Below, piece after piece: positions 11,451-24,153 of a stretch of 35,022 nucleotides of DNA. The notes beneath the pieces were generated by a model that saw only the letters and a list, made by a program, of their open reading frames with translations, was not told the origin of the DNA and did no database searches. The translations under genes were made by a program, and so were the position numbers. The stretch is from Eledone cirrhosa (Eukaryota): contig CAXHJY010000885.1 in the NCBI GenBank assembly GCA_964016885.1, positions 1 to 35,022 on the forward strand, read 5' to 3'. Numbering within the stretch: the first letter of the stretch is position 1; each line of letters starts with the position of its first letter.

Positions 11451-13514
11451 ATGGATGACTCAGATTCTCTCCTTCCTCACAATCCAACACCTCACACCGA
11501 CACCACCATTGTAAACATTGCTACGTTTGCCAACACTGGAATTGTAAGCAGTAACAATATTTTAAATTTGTCTCAGGCAGACGTTCATTTCCCGCCATTA
11601 CCAATGACTGCAGGTGTTAAAGCCGCCACCACCACCACCACCACCACCGCGACAACCCCCACCCCCACCACCACCACAACGACAACAGAAACAAAAGACA
11701 AAAATAAATTAACTCATGATATCGAAATGAATTCAACCAAAATGAACTCTTCCATACCGAATACTACTGACGCCAGCACCACCACAACTGAAACTAAAAT
11801 TAACAATAGCAAAAATAACGATAATAACAACAGCAACAATGAAATTAAGAAAACCACCTTGAGTTTTGCCAGAGTAGCAAAAACGTGCGAAGCGATCCAG
11901 GTAACTCAGGAAGAATTAGACGAGGCCAAAGGAATGGTAAAGAAAGATGGGTACAGGGTCAGTCTCCCCCCCCCCCCACACCTAATAAAATGGAGCAACG
12001 TAGCCTATGCACCGTGTCTAATCAGACAATAAACATAAAATTGCGCCGAGTGGAACGGGCATCTGAGTCCCAAATTCAAAAAGCTTTGGGACATGTGTAG
12101 GCAAAAAAAAACCCACATCAGACGTGGACAGAAGTATGGAACCGTGGACCTGTTCTTTGCAACACCACAGGAGGCCAGAGAACACTCCATGGCCCCATTA
12201 AGAAGTGACGACTTGACACTCATCCCAAGCTATTGTGGCCAGAGACTTGTGAAAATCAGGGTGACCCACGTTCCACCGGCCATCGAAATTCCCTGGCTAA
12301 TGGCTGCCGTCCTCGCCGGTATCGAGGCCAACACCAAAATAATAGAAATAGCAAAAGAAAAGCAGGAGAACTGGTCCGGATCTGGGATGGAGCTCCTGAT
12401 CCAAGCGGACCATAAAAGCATTGAGGAGATCCCAGAGGTAATAGACCTCACTGACGGCAGCCACCTCACCGTAATCGTCGAGGGCAGAAGACCTAGGTGT
12501 GTCGTTTGTGGTGAAGGAACCCACCTAAGGGCTTTCTGCCCTCAGGCTAAAAGGTTGAGGCCACCTCTCTTACCCAACCCAGTAACTCAACCATCAACAG
12601 CACCAGCAACAGAAATAGCAGCAACAACAGAAGAAACTGTAACAGCAACAACCCAGCAACATTAACAAAACCAACACCACCACCACGCCACAACCAGAAC
12701 TTGCACCGGCGCCTACACCATCCACCACGCCACAACCAAAACCAACGCCTGTGGAGTATTTTCCACTCCCCGGCTTATCGCAACTGGAGACAGATTGTGA
12801 CGACGAGGAGTGGGAAACGGTATCAAGAAAAAAGAAATAAAAAGAAACCAAAAAAGAAAAAATTCTCTTCCTTCCCCCCTCAAAAAACAAAATACAGAGG
12901 GAAACATAAATTATCGAACAAGAAAGTTAAGACAGATATGCCACCATCCACACCAGCATCACCAACCCCATCATTAACCCCAACACCACCATCACCAACA
13001 CCACAAAAGTCACCAAAAAGCGTAACAGAAACAAACCCACAACAAACGCAAACAAAACAAAACAACCAAAACGATACACACTACACAGCATTAAATTAAA
13101 ACAACGTCCCTTTATGATCTGAGTTCAAATCCCGCCGAGGTTGACTTTGCCTTTCATCCTCACGGGGTCGATAAAATAAAGTACCAGTAATGCACTGGGT
13201 AATTGCTGGCCTTGTGCCTAAAGTAGAAAGTATTAAATTAAAATAACAACCAATTATTACACTACATGCAACACAACACCAGCATCACAGAAACAGACTA
13301 CACAACAACCCAAAAGTTCACACCACCTCCACACATACAAATCACTCGCATCACACAGAAAACGTACACGACACTAAAACAAAAATTCCCCAAAGACATC
13401 GGAGACTTCCGACAAACACTCTCCAGGAGGATTTATAAGGACATACTTCTGGAGGAGGCCACAAGCAGTGAAAAGAATGGACAAACCATCCTTCCTCTAC
13501 GAGAAGTAAGGTAA
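11451..13514 (+). pseudogene. Tx1-like ORF1 (gag-like), frameshifted and SINE-interrupted
   Basis: Pieces 11451..12032, 12093..12665, 12701..13099 and 13266..13514; LSFARVAK, CVVCGEGTHLRAFC (CX2CX4HX4C), EWETVSRKK, Thr/Pro-rich linkers. Confidence 0.8.
13106..13231 (+). mobile_element. 5'-truncated SINE nested in Tx1 ORF1 with 16-bp TSD
   Basis: TSD attaaattaaaacaac (13090-13105) / attaaattaaaataac (13232-13247); SINE B-box and core between. Confidence 0.92.
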
Positions 13515-13548
13515 GTGGTCTTTCCCATCTTTTCCACTCCATTTCAAC

Positions 13549-16500
13549 ATGACCTCACTCAGAATAGGCAGCATAAATGCGCGTGGCTTGGGGTCGTCTT
13601 GGAAGCAGGGCCACCTGCTCAACGACCTCAGGTCACTAAACATAGATGTAGTGACCATCAGCGAGACCAGAATCTCCGAAGCACGGGCCTTCGAACCGAT
13701 CTTCGGCGGCTACGATGTGTACGCATCTCCCAGCCGTCCGGGATCGGGGGGAGGATTTGCTGTGCTTTTTCGGAGAGGTTTGGATCTCGCCATACGGGCC
13801 ATCTTCCTGGACCCAGAAGGTAAGTTGGTGGTGCTAGACGTGACCAGCCGAGACGGGCAAGCTTTCAGGCTAGTGGCCGTCTATGCCCCGACAGGAGCAG
13901 GGCGGCCTGATTTCTTCCGGCGTCTGGAGACCTTTCTTGGAACGTCCCGCTCTTTAGTGTTAGTGGGCGACTGGAATGGGATCTTAGATGCACGCTGGGA
14001 CTGTGTGGGATTAGCGGATAGGAGAGGAGGGTGCAAGAGCCTCACCAACCTGCTCAGGCGTTTTGAACTGTCTGACAGGTACGGATTGGATTTCCCGAAT
14101 GTGCCAATGTGGACTTGGACAAATCGTATAGGGTCATCCAGATCATATCTAGATAGAGTATTTTGTAGAGTAAGAGATAGGTCTAGCATAGGCTGTCCAC
14201 AATTCAAGATAGTCAGCTACACGGACCACAAATTCGGGATCTGTGTACTTGATTTAGATAGGCTACTGGAAGCTAAACGCGTCCTTACCAGCGCGCAAGG
14301 CCTACAGTGAACGGATTAGCGAACTAGTTAAGCGGGCATTGACGGGGGCCATCGTCAACAACCAGTGGTGGTTTGCTCTGAAAAGAGCAATTAGAATAGA
14401 GTCCATTAGGTTTAGTAAGGCTTTAGCAATAGAGAAAAACAGAGCAGAGGGAGAATTAGTTAGAAAATTAGACGAGGCGCTTAGCAAAGGCATCGCGACC
14501 GTCGTACTTGCAGCGAAATTAAATTGGCCCTTGACCAATTCTTCAATGCAAAGCACGAAGGCTGCGTTGTCAGAGCTAGGGTGCGTGCTCTCAGACACGA
14601 GGGGAGGAAAGCCGTTCAATGGGCCCGAGTGGCGGAGGCGCATCGTGGCAACAAAGCCACGATCCGGTCTTTGGTGGACCAGAACGGGCGCATGCTACTC
14701 GATCCAGGGCAAATGTGTGAAGCTTTTCAACGACACTTCGCTCAGATGTTCGTGGGCAGCGGCGGGCCGGAACGAGGGATGGACTTTAGTGTCTACCTCG
14801 ACGGACTGCCGTGGCTCTCGGCCACTGAGTCGGAGTGTTGCGAAAAGCCGATAACAGCCGCTGAAGTACGGGAGGCAATGACTAGCTGCACAAGGGGTAA
14901 ATCGCCTGGTTTGGATGGTCTGCCCTATGAACTTTACGTACAGATGCCAGACTTGTTCGGAGGCCTCTTGGCGGACGTCTACTGCAACTGGACAATTCTC
15001 AGCTCTGAGAGCCGAGGAGCTGTGGCGCTGCTGAGAAAGGATCCGAAGAAGGGAGATAACATAGATAATTTTAGGCCCATAACTCTGCTAAATACAGAGT
15101 TCAATATTTTAGCCAAGGTGCTAGCAAAGAGGTTGGCGCTTGTCGTTGGTGGTCTGGTGGGAGAGGCGCAGACATGCGCCATTCCCGACAGATCCATCCA
15201 CGACAACCTCCACCTCATGCGATACATCGTAAAGAGGATAGCTAGGGAACCTGGCACGGGTGGGTCCTTGATCAATTTAGATCAGTCGAAAGCTTTCGAT
15301 AGGGTCGACCATCGTTACCTAGCGGAAGTCCTGAAGGCGGCTGGCTTTGGGCCCGTATTCAGAGGCTGGATCGCTGCCATGCAGAGCGACATCTGCTCTG
15401 TGGTGAGAGTGAACGTCACATTTCGGAACCGTTCAACATCATGCGCTCGGTCCGCCAAGGATGTCCCCTCTCGTCCCTCTTGTACGTATTGACTCTCGAG
15501 CCATTACTGCACAAACTGGAGACGTTGAGGCGGGTCCCGCGCGAACTAGGATGCGGAAGATCCGTGTCAGCATATGCGGACGATGTCACCGTAGTGGTGT
15601 CGAACGCCAAACACATCGAGGCGATCGGCACTACACTAAGAGAATACGAAGCGGTGACAGGAGCAATGATCAACCAGAAAAAGTCAGTGGGTCTTCAGCT
15701 CGGCACCTGGAGAGGCAGGTCCATGCCGTCCAACAGCGCCGTCGGGCGCTGGACGGACGTACCAGTTAAATTGCTCGGGGTCTGGTTCGGTCCGGATCTA
15801 CAGACGGACAAAAACAGGGACGAGGTGACGAGCAGGGTGGCTTCTCTCACCTAGAAATAGGCCGAGCGGAGGAGGCTAACGCGTATATCGCGTCCGTCAT
15901 CTACTACCGCCTGACCGTCGTACCTTGTCCTAAGCCCCGCCTGACTGCGCTGGAGCGTTTGCTCTTTCGCTTTTTGTGGAAAGGACGCGCTCCGATGGTC
16001 AGGCGGTCCATCTGCTGTCAAAACCCGCTACGTTGAGGGCTGGGAATGCCGTGGCTGATGATGCGCAGACACGCGCTCAGGCTACGACATCTCCACCTCT
16101 TCCTCGACGGTGATCAGGTGTGGTCTCCGTTTGCTAGACACGTCTTTCCCCAGCTCGTCTCCTTGACGTAGCTGCAGTCCTGGGTCAAGCGAAGACCGAG
16201 AGGGAGCGCTTGGAGACTAGAATGTCTTCTGGCGCTCACAGCCCTCGACCAATCGGGCAATGTGATCGGTGGAAACTCCACCTTGGCGTTCTATAGAGGA
16301 TTAGTGGAGGGCAAGAACGACGACGTACTTAGACAAACTCTAGGCGTCGACGAAAATCAACTAGCCAATCTCTTCGGAAAAACTTTCGGCCGGGGCCTAT
16401 GGACAACTTGCAGAAATTCCTGGCCTGGCAGTGCTACCGAGGAGCTTTGCCAGTTCGGGATAAACTCTACAGGCATGGAGGTGCCGCCAGCCGGGCATGT

Positions 16501-16904
16501 CCGAATGCGCGCAGGGCGACGAAACCGTCCTGCACGCACTCGTCCAGTGTCCGAGCATTGCTGACTTGTGGGTTTATGTCGAACACCTGCTGTCGCGTGT
16601 GGGACGGATCCAGCTATCAGCTGAGACCATCGTGAGGATTTCCCCGCCCTCTTCCTTTAGCCAGGCAGTTTTTATCTGTCTGGTGGCCATGGCGAAAGAG
16701 ATAGTATGGTGGACACGTTTGAAAGGGCTGAAGACGAGCACTTACCTCTTCGGTGATGCTCTGATTGACTTTTTCAAATTTCATTTGAAAAGGAAAATCA
16801 GAGTAGAGAGGGAAGTGCTCTCTTCCCAGCATTTTGTTGAAAGATGGGTGAGAGAAGCAAGAATTGCCCGAGTGAATGGGCCTACTCTGAGCATGTGTCT
16901 GTAA
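13549..16904 (+). pseudogene. Tx1-like ORF2: AP endonuclease, reverse transcriptase, C-terminal CCHC
   Basis: SINARGL, ISET, VYAP, GDWN, YLDRV, TDH; GYWKLNASL (shifted frame); KSPGLDGLP, FRPITLLN, DQSKAFDRV, RQGCPLS, YADD (15573); ETVLHALVQC; several frameshifts and stops. Confidence 0.93.
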
Positions 16905-17152
16905 ATTAAAGGTGGAAAACTGGGAGAGGGCACTTGCCTTGGTGGTCAGGGTCATTGTGGCCTTTTACTGGGCTTTCTCCACAAATATCCCTCCGAAGTC
17001 TCCCCCCTATTGGGGAATTTTTCATTGTTATTTTTTGTTACATCCTCTGTTTTTGTTTTTTACACGCAGAAATGCCCATTTCTACCGCCCTGTATTGTCC
17101 TGCACTGTCCTTAATGTCTACTTTATGTAAACCCTTGTGGTTAATAAAGAAA

Positions 17153-17206
<54 letters not shown>

Positions 17207-17989
17207 GAGAAAGTAATACTAATCAGTTATCAATTTGTAGCAAATATGTAATAGCTATATACACAAAGAGAGAGAGAGGGTGGATGGGTGCATAAACTCG
17301 GTTTCCTACTAAATATTTCCCCAATCAGCATGTTTTTATATCCGATTTTGAGGGACTAAACTTGTATTAACGAGGTTTATGAAATGTGTATTTTTCAATA
17401 TAGATACTACCATTTGTTTTAACGTTCCAAATTAAATTGCCAGACTTTACCTCCCAAAATTTATTTCTTAATACATTTTCCTATAGTTATTAAATCACAC
17501 TGTTTAATAAAATGTTTTTTTTTTTCCTTCATACGAGCGTGTATATTTATATCCGTACCTGACTTCGTGAAACTCACTGAAACATTTGTTTCTTTTTCGT
17601 TTAATTGACACAGATAACATCTCACTACACTAACTACCTGTTCAGGTGTGGTACAATATTACTGATTATATACTTCGATTCAATGAACCCGACTCTGAAA
17701 AGGCTAGTCTTCGGGTGTTTGGTAAAATGACCAAACTCATGACTTAACAAGACTAAAAAAAATAGCAGTATAGGTAGGATTAATAAAAGAAATCATGCCG
17801 CATTGTCCTCCGTGGGTTAATGAGGGGTGTATTCGGGCCTTAGGTAGAGATCTCGGTTCAAAAGGTATATTGCCCCATCATCTAATGCCTAAGTAACTTT
17901 CGATGGGCTTGTGAACTGTCCAGGGAGGCGCGAGTTGCACGGACAATTGCTGCGCATCCGGGACACTAACAAGTTTGTACAAGTGCTTA

Positions 17990-20180
17990 ACCATTAACAA
18001 TTGGAAGCTGGAACGTTTTGACACGTAGAGTTAAGGAGTAGGAATTAATGAAGAATGCCAAATGTTACTGCTTAAATATAGTCGGTTTCGTAAAAAAGGA
18101 ATGGCCTCTGTAAATAGTTCAAATTTATGCACCAAACAGAAAGAGTACAGATTTTTCCTTGATATAAATCGTTGCAATGTTAAATGTAGTTAAGAGTGAA
18201 TCGTATACACTACTGGAAACTTTTAACGCCAATGTTCACACTGGTTACCTGAGATGAAAACAAATAACTGGAAGAAACGGTGACTCCGATTTAAACACGA
18301 AAAGAGATGCCGTTTTAGATTTTTGACATCCTGCATAATATATGAGATATCAGATATATAGATTAGTGATTGATTTTGTTATTGCCCCTGATCGTTTCAA
18401 TTGTGCGCTGGGTGTTCGTGATGACAGAAGGGTTGAGCTGTTAACTGATCCGCATACTGTTACCTGCAGCATGAGACTAACTAAAGTCTAGAAAACCCAC
18501 AAATTTAATAGTTCTAACTGAACGTATAGGGTAAAGTGAGATGAACTGGCTGATAAGGAAGTCAGGAACCGCTTTGCAGATATTATAACATCCAAATTCA
18601 GAGAACTCATTGAACAAATGGAAGGAGTTGAAACGGAATGGAGAATGTTAAGTCAAAGAGTTTCTTCTGGATGTGTTAAATACGACAGGGGAAAACAGTT
18701 TGGTGTAGGGCCGGGTGGCAATATGACTCTTTGGGTAAATAAGGAGATTAAATAATCCATCAGAGCAACGAATAAGGCTTGCAAGTCTTGGCTTGGAAAT
18801 ATATCCACCTTCTCTTAACTGCAGTAAATCAGCCAGGAAAGGGTTTTAACAAAGACAGTGAACTCTTCCAAAGTTAAGAGATGGGTCTTTGTGGTAATGC
18901 TGGTATCTGACATTAGTTCAGAAAATAAATTATACTGACAGACCATTCATCGCATTCGTAGTGAGATGTTCCACTCTATGCCTGCTATTTGGAATGGATC
19001 CGTCTGGGTTCTCTCTTCAGAGTTATATTCTTGTAAGGTAGACATAATATTTTCCTCATCTGGTAAACACGCTCACACAAAATATTCTGATGTACATGAG
19101 GTGTATGTATGAGCGATGAGTAACCTCCCGGAGGATGAAGTCCCCAGAGAATGTAAAGATTTCAGATTTGTCTAGGTTTGCGGGAAGGATGAAATTAAGA
19201 CCGAGATTTTTAAACCATTGAATAGGACGTGTTCTCTGACTGACTCGTGTGTATCGGGTCATCTGGATCACTGGAAATTCACCTAACCAATGGCAATCGG
19301 ATATGATAATTTCAATTTATAAAAAAGGAGACATGAGTGATTGCTCTAATTATAGAGGAATCTCTTTGTTATGTCTCCTCGGTAAAAATGTCTAAGAGAT
19401 ATTGATAAGTCCAAAGCAGCTGATGAACTATGTGGTTTTAGCCCCGAAGCAGCACAGCAGACAAACTATTCACACTGCGGCAGTTCATGGGCAAATTCCA
19501 ATAATATTGCCAAGAAGTGTATGCTTGTTTCGAAGAGCTCAAAAAGGCATACGTCGGCATTCCACAGTTCCATGAACAGCTTCTTGTTGCCTATAAGATT
19601 CTCTACAAATATTCTTGTGTTGGACTCTGCCAAAGGTGCGTACAGTAATCTCTCTTTTTCATAACTTTTATGAAAAAGATTTACAAGCGGAGTCGGGTTG
19701 AAGTATTGCCAAGAATGACGGGTATAGTATTAGTCAACTAATTTGCAGACAATATGGCACTGACTTAATCTTCGGCAGAGCAACTCTGACGTGGTATAAA
19801 TAGATTTGTATCCGAGTGTTGCACAGCAGGAATGAAATTCAATGCTACGTAGACTGAGACACTCGTCTTCTCAAGGAAGCCCGGACAATGCACTCTACAT
19901 AGGAGTGAAGTTTCACTCATGTGGAGATCATAAATTATCTTTGGTCAGTTTTCATGGGTGACGAAATGCAGGAGGCTGAATTAAGTCGGAGAATTGCTTG
20001 AGCTGCTGCAATAATGCACCAGTTTCAGCATTCGGTCATCAGAAGAAGGTGTACATTCTAAAGTAGGTATCTATAATTAGGTATTCAAACCAACCTTTAC
20101 CTATGGTCATGTAGCTTGGGTAATGTGTGAAAGAATAAGATCGCCAATATATGCCGGTAATCTGGGGATTTTCCGAAGGG
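17990..20180 (+). mobile_element. Highly degraded RTE-clade LINE (APE + RT); boundaries approximate
   Basis: Manual translation gives IGSWNVLT (about 18000) and QWQSDMIISIYKKGDMSDCSNYRGISLLCLLGK (about 19288-19386); many stops, so it is missing from the ORF track. Confidence 0.75.
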
Positions 20181-20235
20181 TTTTGGTATAAAGTAACACG
20201 ATAGAGTGACCATCTCGCAGATAATGATGTCACTC

Positions 20236-21190
20236 TACGCGCCTTCCTACGTCATACACGATTCTCATCTTAACCTTCACTGATACAATCAACAAATATA
20301 TGGATGAAACTCATCTGTTCCATATATTCCCTATTGAGCAGAACGGTTGTCGCCGTAGGCCTTACGGGTGCAAAGACAAACTATTCATTAATCATATGTT
20401 TCTGGAAAACTGTCATAAAAATATAAGACCTGAGTACTGCTTGTATTGGCAATAAAAAAAGATTTTACCGTGTTTTCCACTCATGGATTGTGAAACCTTT
20501 GCATGTTCTGAAAATCTCCACAGTAATATCAAACTACCTGATATATAAGATGTCCATATAGAATATAAATCTATCATTGTCACACAATGATGGAAGAATA
20601 ACTTCCAGCATCATAAGTATTAACTGTGAAATTTTTCAAGGTGATTCGTTTTCTCCGCTGTTATTTTGCATTACACTCACCGTAGTCTTTAGCGCTTAAA
20701 ATAGACAGCCCAACCATAAGTCACCTATTTTATATGTATAGCTTGAAGCTGTAAGGCCAAGAATGATAACGAATTAGAAAGACGTCTAAAGAAAGGCAGT
20801 GTGTTCATCGATGATGAAAAGCAGAATAACAAGCACAAACCTGAGAATACAGAATTAGGGAACTAGAACAGGAACAAGCCTACAGATATCTAGGGATCAA
20901 TGAAAACCAAGGTATTAGCCACATGAAAGAGAGAATCAGGCAGGAATGCCAACAGAGTGTCATGAAAACGAAGCTTAACTTGAGAAATAAATTATCTGCT
21001 ATAAATGGACTTGCAATCCCAGTTGTCACCTACATTTTCAACATTATACATTGGGACGTTAACGAAATTAAGAGAAAGGACATCACATTTAGGAAACGTG
21101 TGGTTTGTAATAGAATACATCACCCAACAACAAATTTGGATCACTTCTATCAACCTAGACACATTGAAGGTAAAGGAATGATCTAAATCA
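20236..21190 (+). mobile_element. Degraded R4/Dong-clade LINE RT fragment
   Basis: FPIEQNGCRRRPYGCKDKLFIN, IFQGDSFSPLLFC, YRYLGI, AINGLAIPVVTY (ORF 20923..21186); homologous to 8021-10292. Confidence 0.85.
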
Positions 21191-21611
21191 AAGGTTCTCA
21201 ACGGGGAGGGGCATATGCGTTCCCGGGGAGTTTCGGACCTCGAGGGGGGGGGGTAGGGGGGCGTTTGAAGCTTTGGGGAACGCTGGAAGCCCCTATAGTT
21301 TTTTTAGTTTGTTAAGTTTTATAAGTCATATTTGAACGTCTCTTAGACAGCCAATGTGAATGAATTTGAATGAATAAAAGAAGCTTGTCAACGAATTCCC
21401 CAGGGAGATTAAAAAAAAAACGAAAGTAATCAAAGAAAATGAAAATAAGGATGTCAACTTTGACAACAGTTTCAAGAACAACCTCAACAGAAAGGACAAC
21501 AAAAAGAAGCAATGGCGATGAACATACACACATGCATACGTACATACATACATACATACATACATACATACATACATACATACATACATACATACATACA
21601 TACATACATAA

Positions 21612-22250
21612 ACAAAGATCGAGGATGTAAGCCACATTGTTGCCAGCTGCGAAAGAATGTCATCTCGCTACTACCTTCCCATGAGACACGATGGGATAGC
21701 TAGAACTATCTGGAACGCACTTCGGAAAACAAAATTAACAACAAACGAGGAAGAATATATTGAGACAGATGGCACTAAGGAATACTGGTGGAACCTGAAA
21801 ATAAAAACTGCCACCAAATTAAAGCACAACCGGCCTGATATTGTAGTTTGGGACCACACATTGAAAACGTGTTCTGTTGTGGAGATCAGCTGCCCACATG
21901 ATGTAAACGTTGTCAGAAAAATACAGGAGAAGGAGGACATCTACAGACCATTGATGGGGAGTTTACAAATCCAGTATCCAAGATACACCTTTAGCTTCAT
22001 ACCCATCATTATTGGTGCTACGGGTTATATACCAACCCGCTTGGACCAGAGTATGACTGAACTTGGACTTGCGGAAATAAAGCGCAGCTCCCTAATTCAT
22101 AGTCTACAAATGGCTGCGATAGTTGGCACCTTCAAAATTTGCAAAACATTCTTGCGATTCAAGGGATGACCATTTATTTTCTTTTACAACCTTGCCACTA
22201 GGAAGGTGGCCGGTCAAAAAAATATACTCGAAATTAAGAGAAAGAGAAAA
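21612..22250 (+). mobile_element. R4/Dong-like LINE 3' fragment (REL endonuclease) in (CATA)n
   Basis: EDVSHIVASC, RHD, HNRPDIVVWD, VEISCP, EKEDIY, IPIIIGATG (ORF 21657..22169); (CATA)n at 21541-21610 and 22251-22274. Confidence 0.9.
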
Positions 22251-22274
22251 CATACATACATTCATACATACATA

Positions 22275-22750
22275 GTGGCCACTACTTTATATCCATGTAG
22301 GAGAACCCCTACCGATGCGCTGAACAAGTGTGACTTTTTAGTCCAGCCAGCGACTTGAAAACTCTGGTACAAACACTACACTTGTGACAAGTATTGACAC
22401 ATAGTGCTGGGCCCATGGTACCATGTGACGACAAGTGCAGAGATATCTCCAGATATAAAGCAATGCCTGTGCCGTGAAGCTTTTATAATGAGCAAAGGCA
22501 CTGCACAAATCCAGTCACACTCTCTTATCCAAGATGATATTTACCAAAAAGAAGAACAAATCAACATCATTGGGCACCATCATGGTTGCAGGTGTTATAT
22601 CAGAGTTTTCCTTCTCCTAGACTCTTAAGAGCTTCTTTGCCCTTTGACAGGTTTTGTTTTTAATCCTGCAGGATGTCCAAAGTCACCCTCCCCACCCAGA
22701 AACCTTGGTGGGGTTGCCAGTTTAGTCGCCAACGACCAGACCATGAGACA
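22275..22750 (-). mobile_element. Non-autonomous RTE-like element, 5'-truncated copy
   Basis: Inverse homologue of 23052-23586, lacking about 60 bp; no credible ORF; (CATA)n flanks. Confidence 0.7.
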
Positions 22751-23004
22751 TACATACACACATACATACATACACACACACACATATATACACACACATG
22801 CCTGCGTTAGTGTTTGATGAGGTTGAGAACCTGGTCAGCTTTCAGCCAGAGCTGTGGTATTTAATCTCCCTAGGTAATAAAATCTGGAGACAGAATTTTC
22901 TCCTTACCAAAAAAAAAAAAACATAAATATGAATGCATGTATATATACAAATGTATACATGCATAGCTATATATACATACGTAAATGTATGTATGCATAT
23001 ATAT

Positions 23005-23612
23005 GTCAGGTCACCAGTTGGTGCTACTGGTAACATGTATCCCAGTACAACCTGTCTCATGGTCGGGTCGTTGGCGACTAAACTGGCAACCCCACCAAGG
23101 TTTCTTGGTGAGGAGGGTGACTTTGGACATCCTGCAGGACTAAAAACAAAACCTGTCAAAGGGCAAGGGAGCTCTTAAGACTCAATAGCCATCCAAAATC
23201 ACCGGGAGAGATGACCCCTTAGCCTTTGTCAAGGCAGAATTCTAGGAGAAGGAAAACTCTGATATAACACCTGCAACCCTGATGGTATCCAATGATGTTG
23301 ACTTGTTCTTCTTTTTGGTAAATATCATCTTGGTTAAGAGAGTGGGACTGGCTTTGTGCAGTGCCTTTGCTCACTATAAAAGCTTCACAGCACAGGCATT
23401 GCTTTATATCTGGAGATCTCTCTGCACTTGTCATCACATGGTACCATGGGCCCTGCACTATGTGTCAATAATGGTCACAAGTGTAGTCTTTGTACCAGAG
23501 TTTTCAAGTCGCTGGCTGGACTAAAAAGTCACATTCGTTCAGCGCATCGGTAGGGATTCTCCTACATGGATATAAAGTAGTGGCCGTACTCGAAAACGAG
23601 TTGGCAGCCACC
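23005..23612 (+). mobile_element. Non-autonomous RTE-like element (RTE 5'UTR-type motifs)
   Basis: gtcgttggcgactaaactggcaacccca and ctaggagaaggaaaactctga resemble RTE 5'UTR motifs (from recall); second copy inverted at 22275-22750. Confidence 0.65.
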
Positions 23613-23627
23613 ATATATATATATATA

Positions 23628-24079
23628 TATAAACGTTTGTCTATGTATAATAAAGCCAAAACAATGCAGGTATGGACATAGAATAAAGAATGCATATGCA
23701 AAAGATATTGTTGACAATTAGTCTTTTACCTTAGATGTATTTAAATGTCCTTAAATTTCGAGATAATGTCTCTTCTTCGGAGGGAAGTAAAGCGGTTAAA
23801 CCAGTGTTCTAAATAGCTTGCCAAGTCATGCTGACAGGAATGACTTGGCAAGCTATTTAGAACACTGTTTTAACCTCTTTACTTCCCTCCGAAGAAGAGA
23901 TATTATATCGAAAATTAAGGACATTTAAATAAATCTAAGGTAAAAGACTAAATGTCAACAATATCTTTTGCATTTGCATTCTTTATTCTATGTCCATACC
24001 TGCATTTTTTTGGCTTTATTATACATATACAAACGTTTATACCTCATTACACAATGCTTCAAGTGAACTATAACTTCCT

Positions 24080-24081
<2 letters not shown>
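23628..24081. mobile_element. ~200-bp-arm palindrome plus tail in (TA)n (Penelope pLTR-type inversion)
   Basis: Arms 23628-23829 and 23840-24041, 10-nt loop, unpaired tail 24042-24081; degenerate HHR-like cct CCGAAGA..GAAA..agg at 23886-23920. Confidence 0.8.

Positions 24082-24153
<72 letters not shown>

Larger units (their letters stand above)
11234..17154 (+). mobile_element. Tx1/L1-clade non-LTR retrotransposon, near full length, disrupted
   Basis: ORF1 with zinc knuckle, ORF2 APE-RT-CCHC, AATAAA at 17143-17148; inserted in (TAT)n (11201-11233 and 17155-17206). Confidence 0.93.

Noticed and set aside
22404-23458. Paired ORFs M.GPWYHV.TSAE.SPDIKQCLC as a conserved small protein
   Set aside because: Similarity follows from the two repeat copies; no known domain, and start codons are not ATG.
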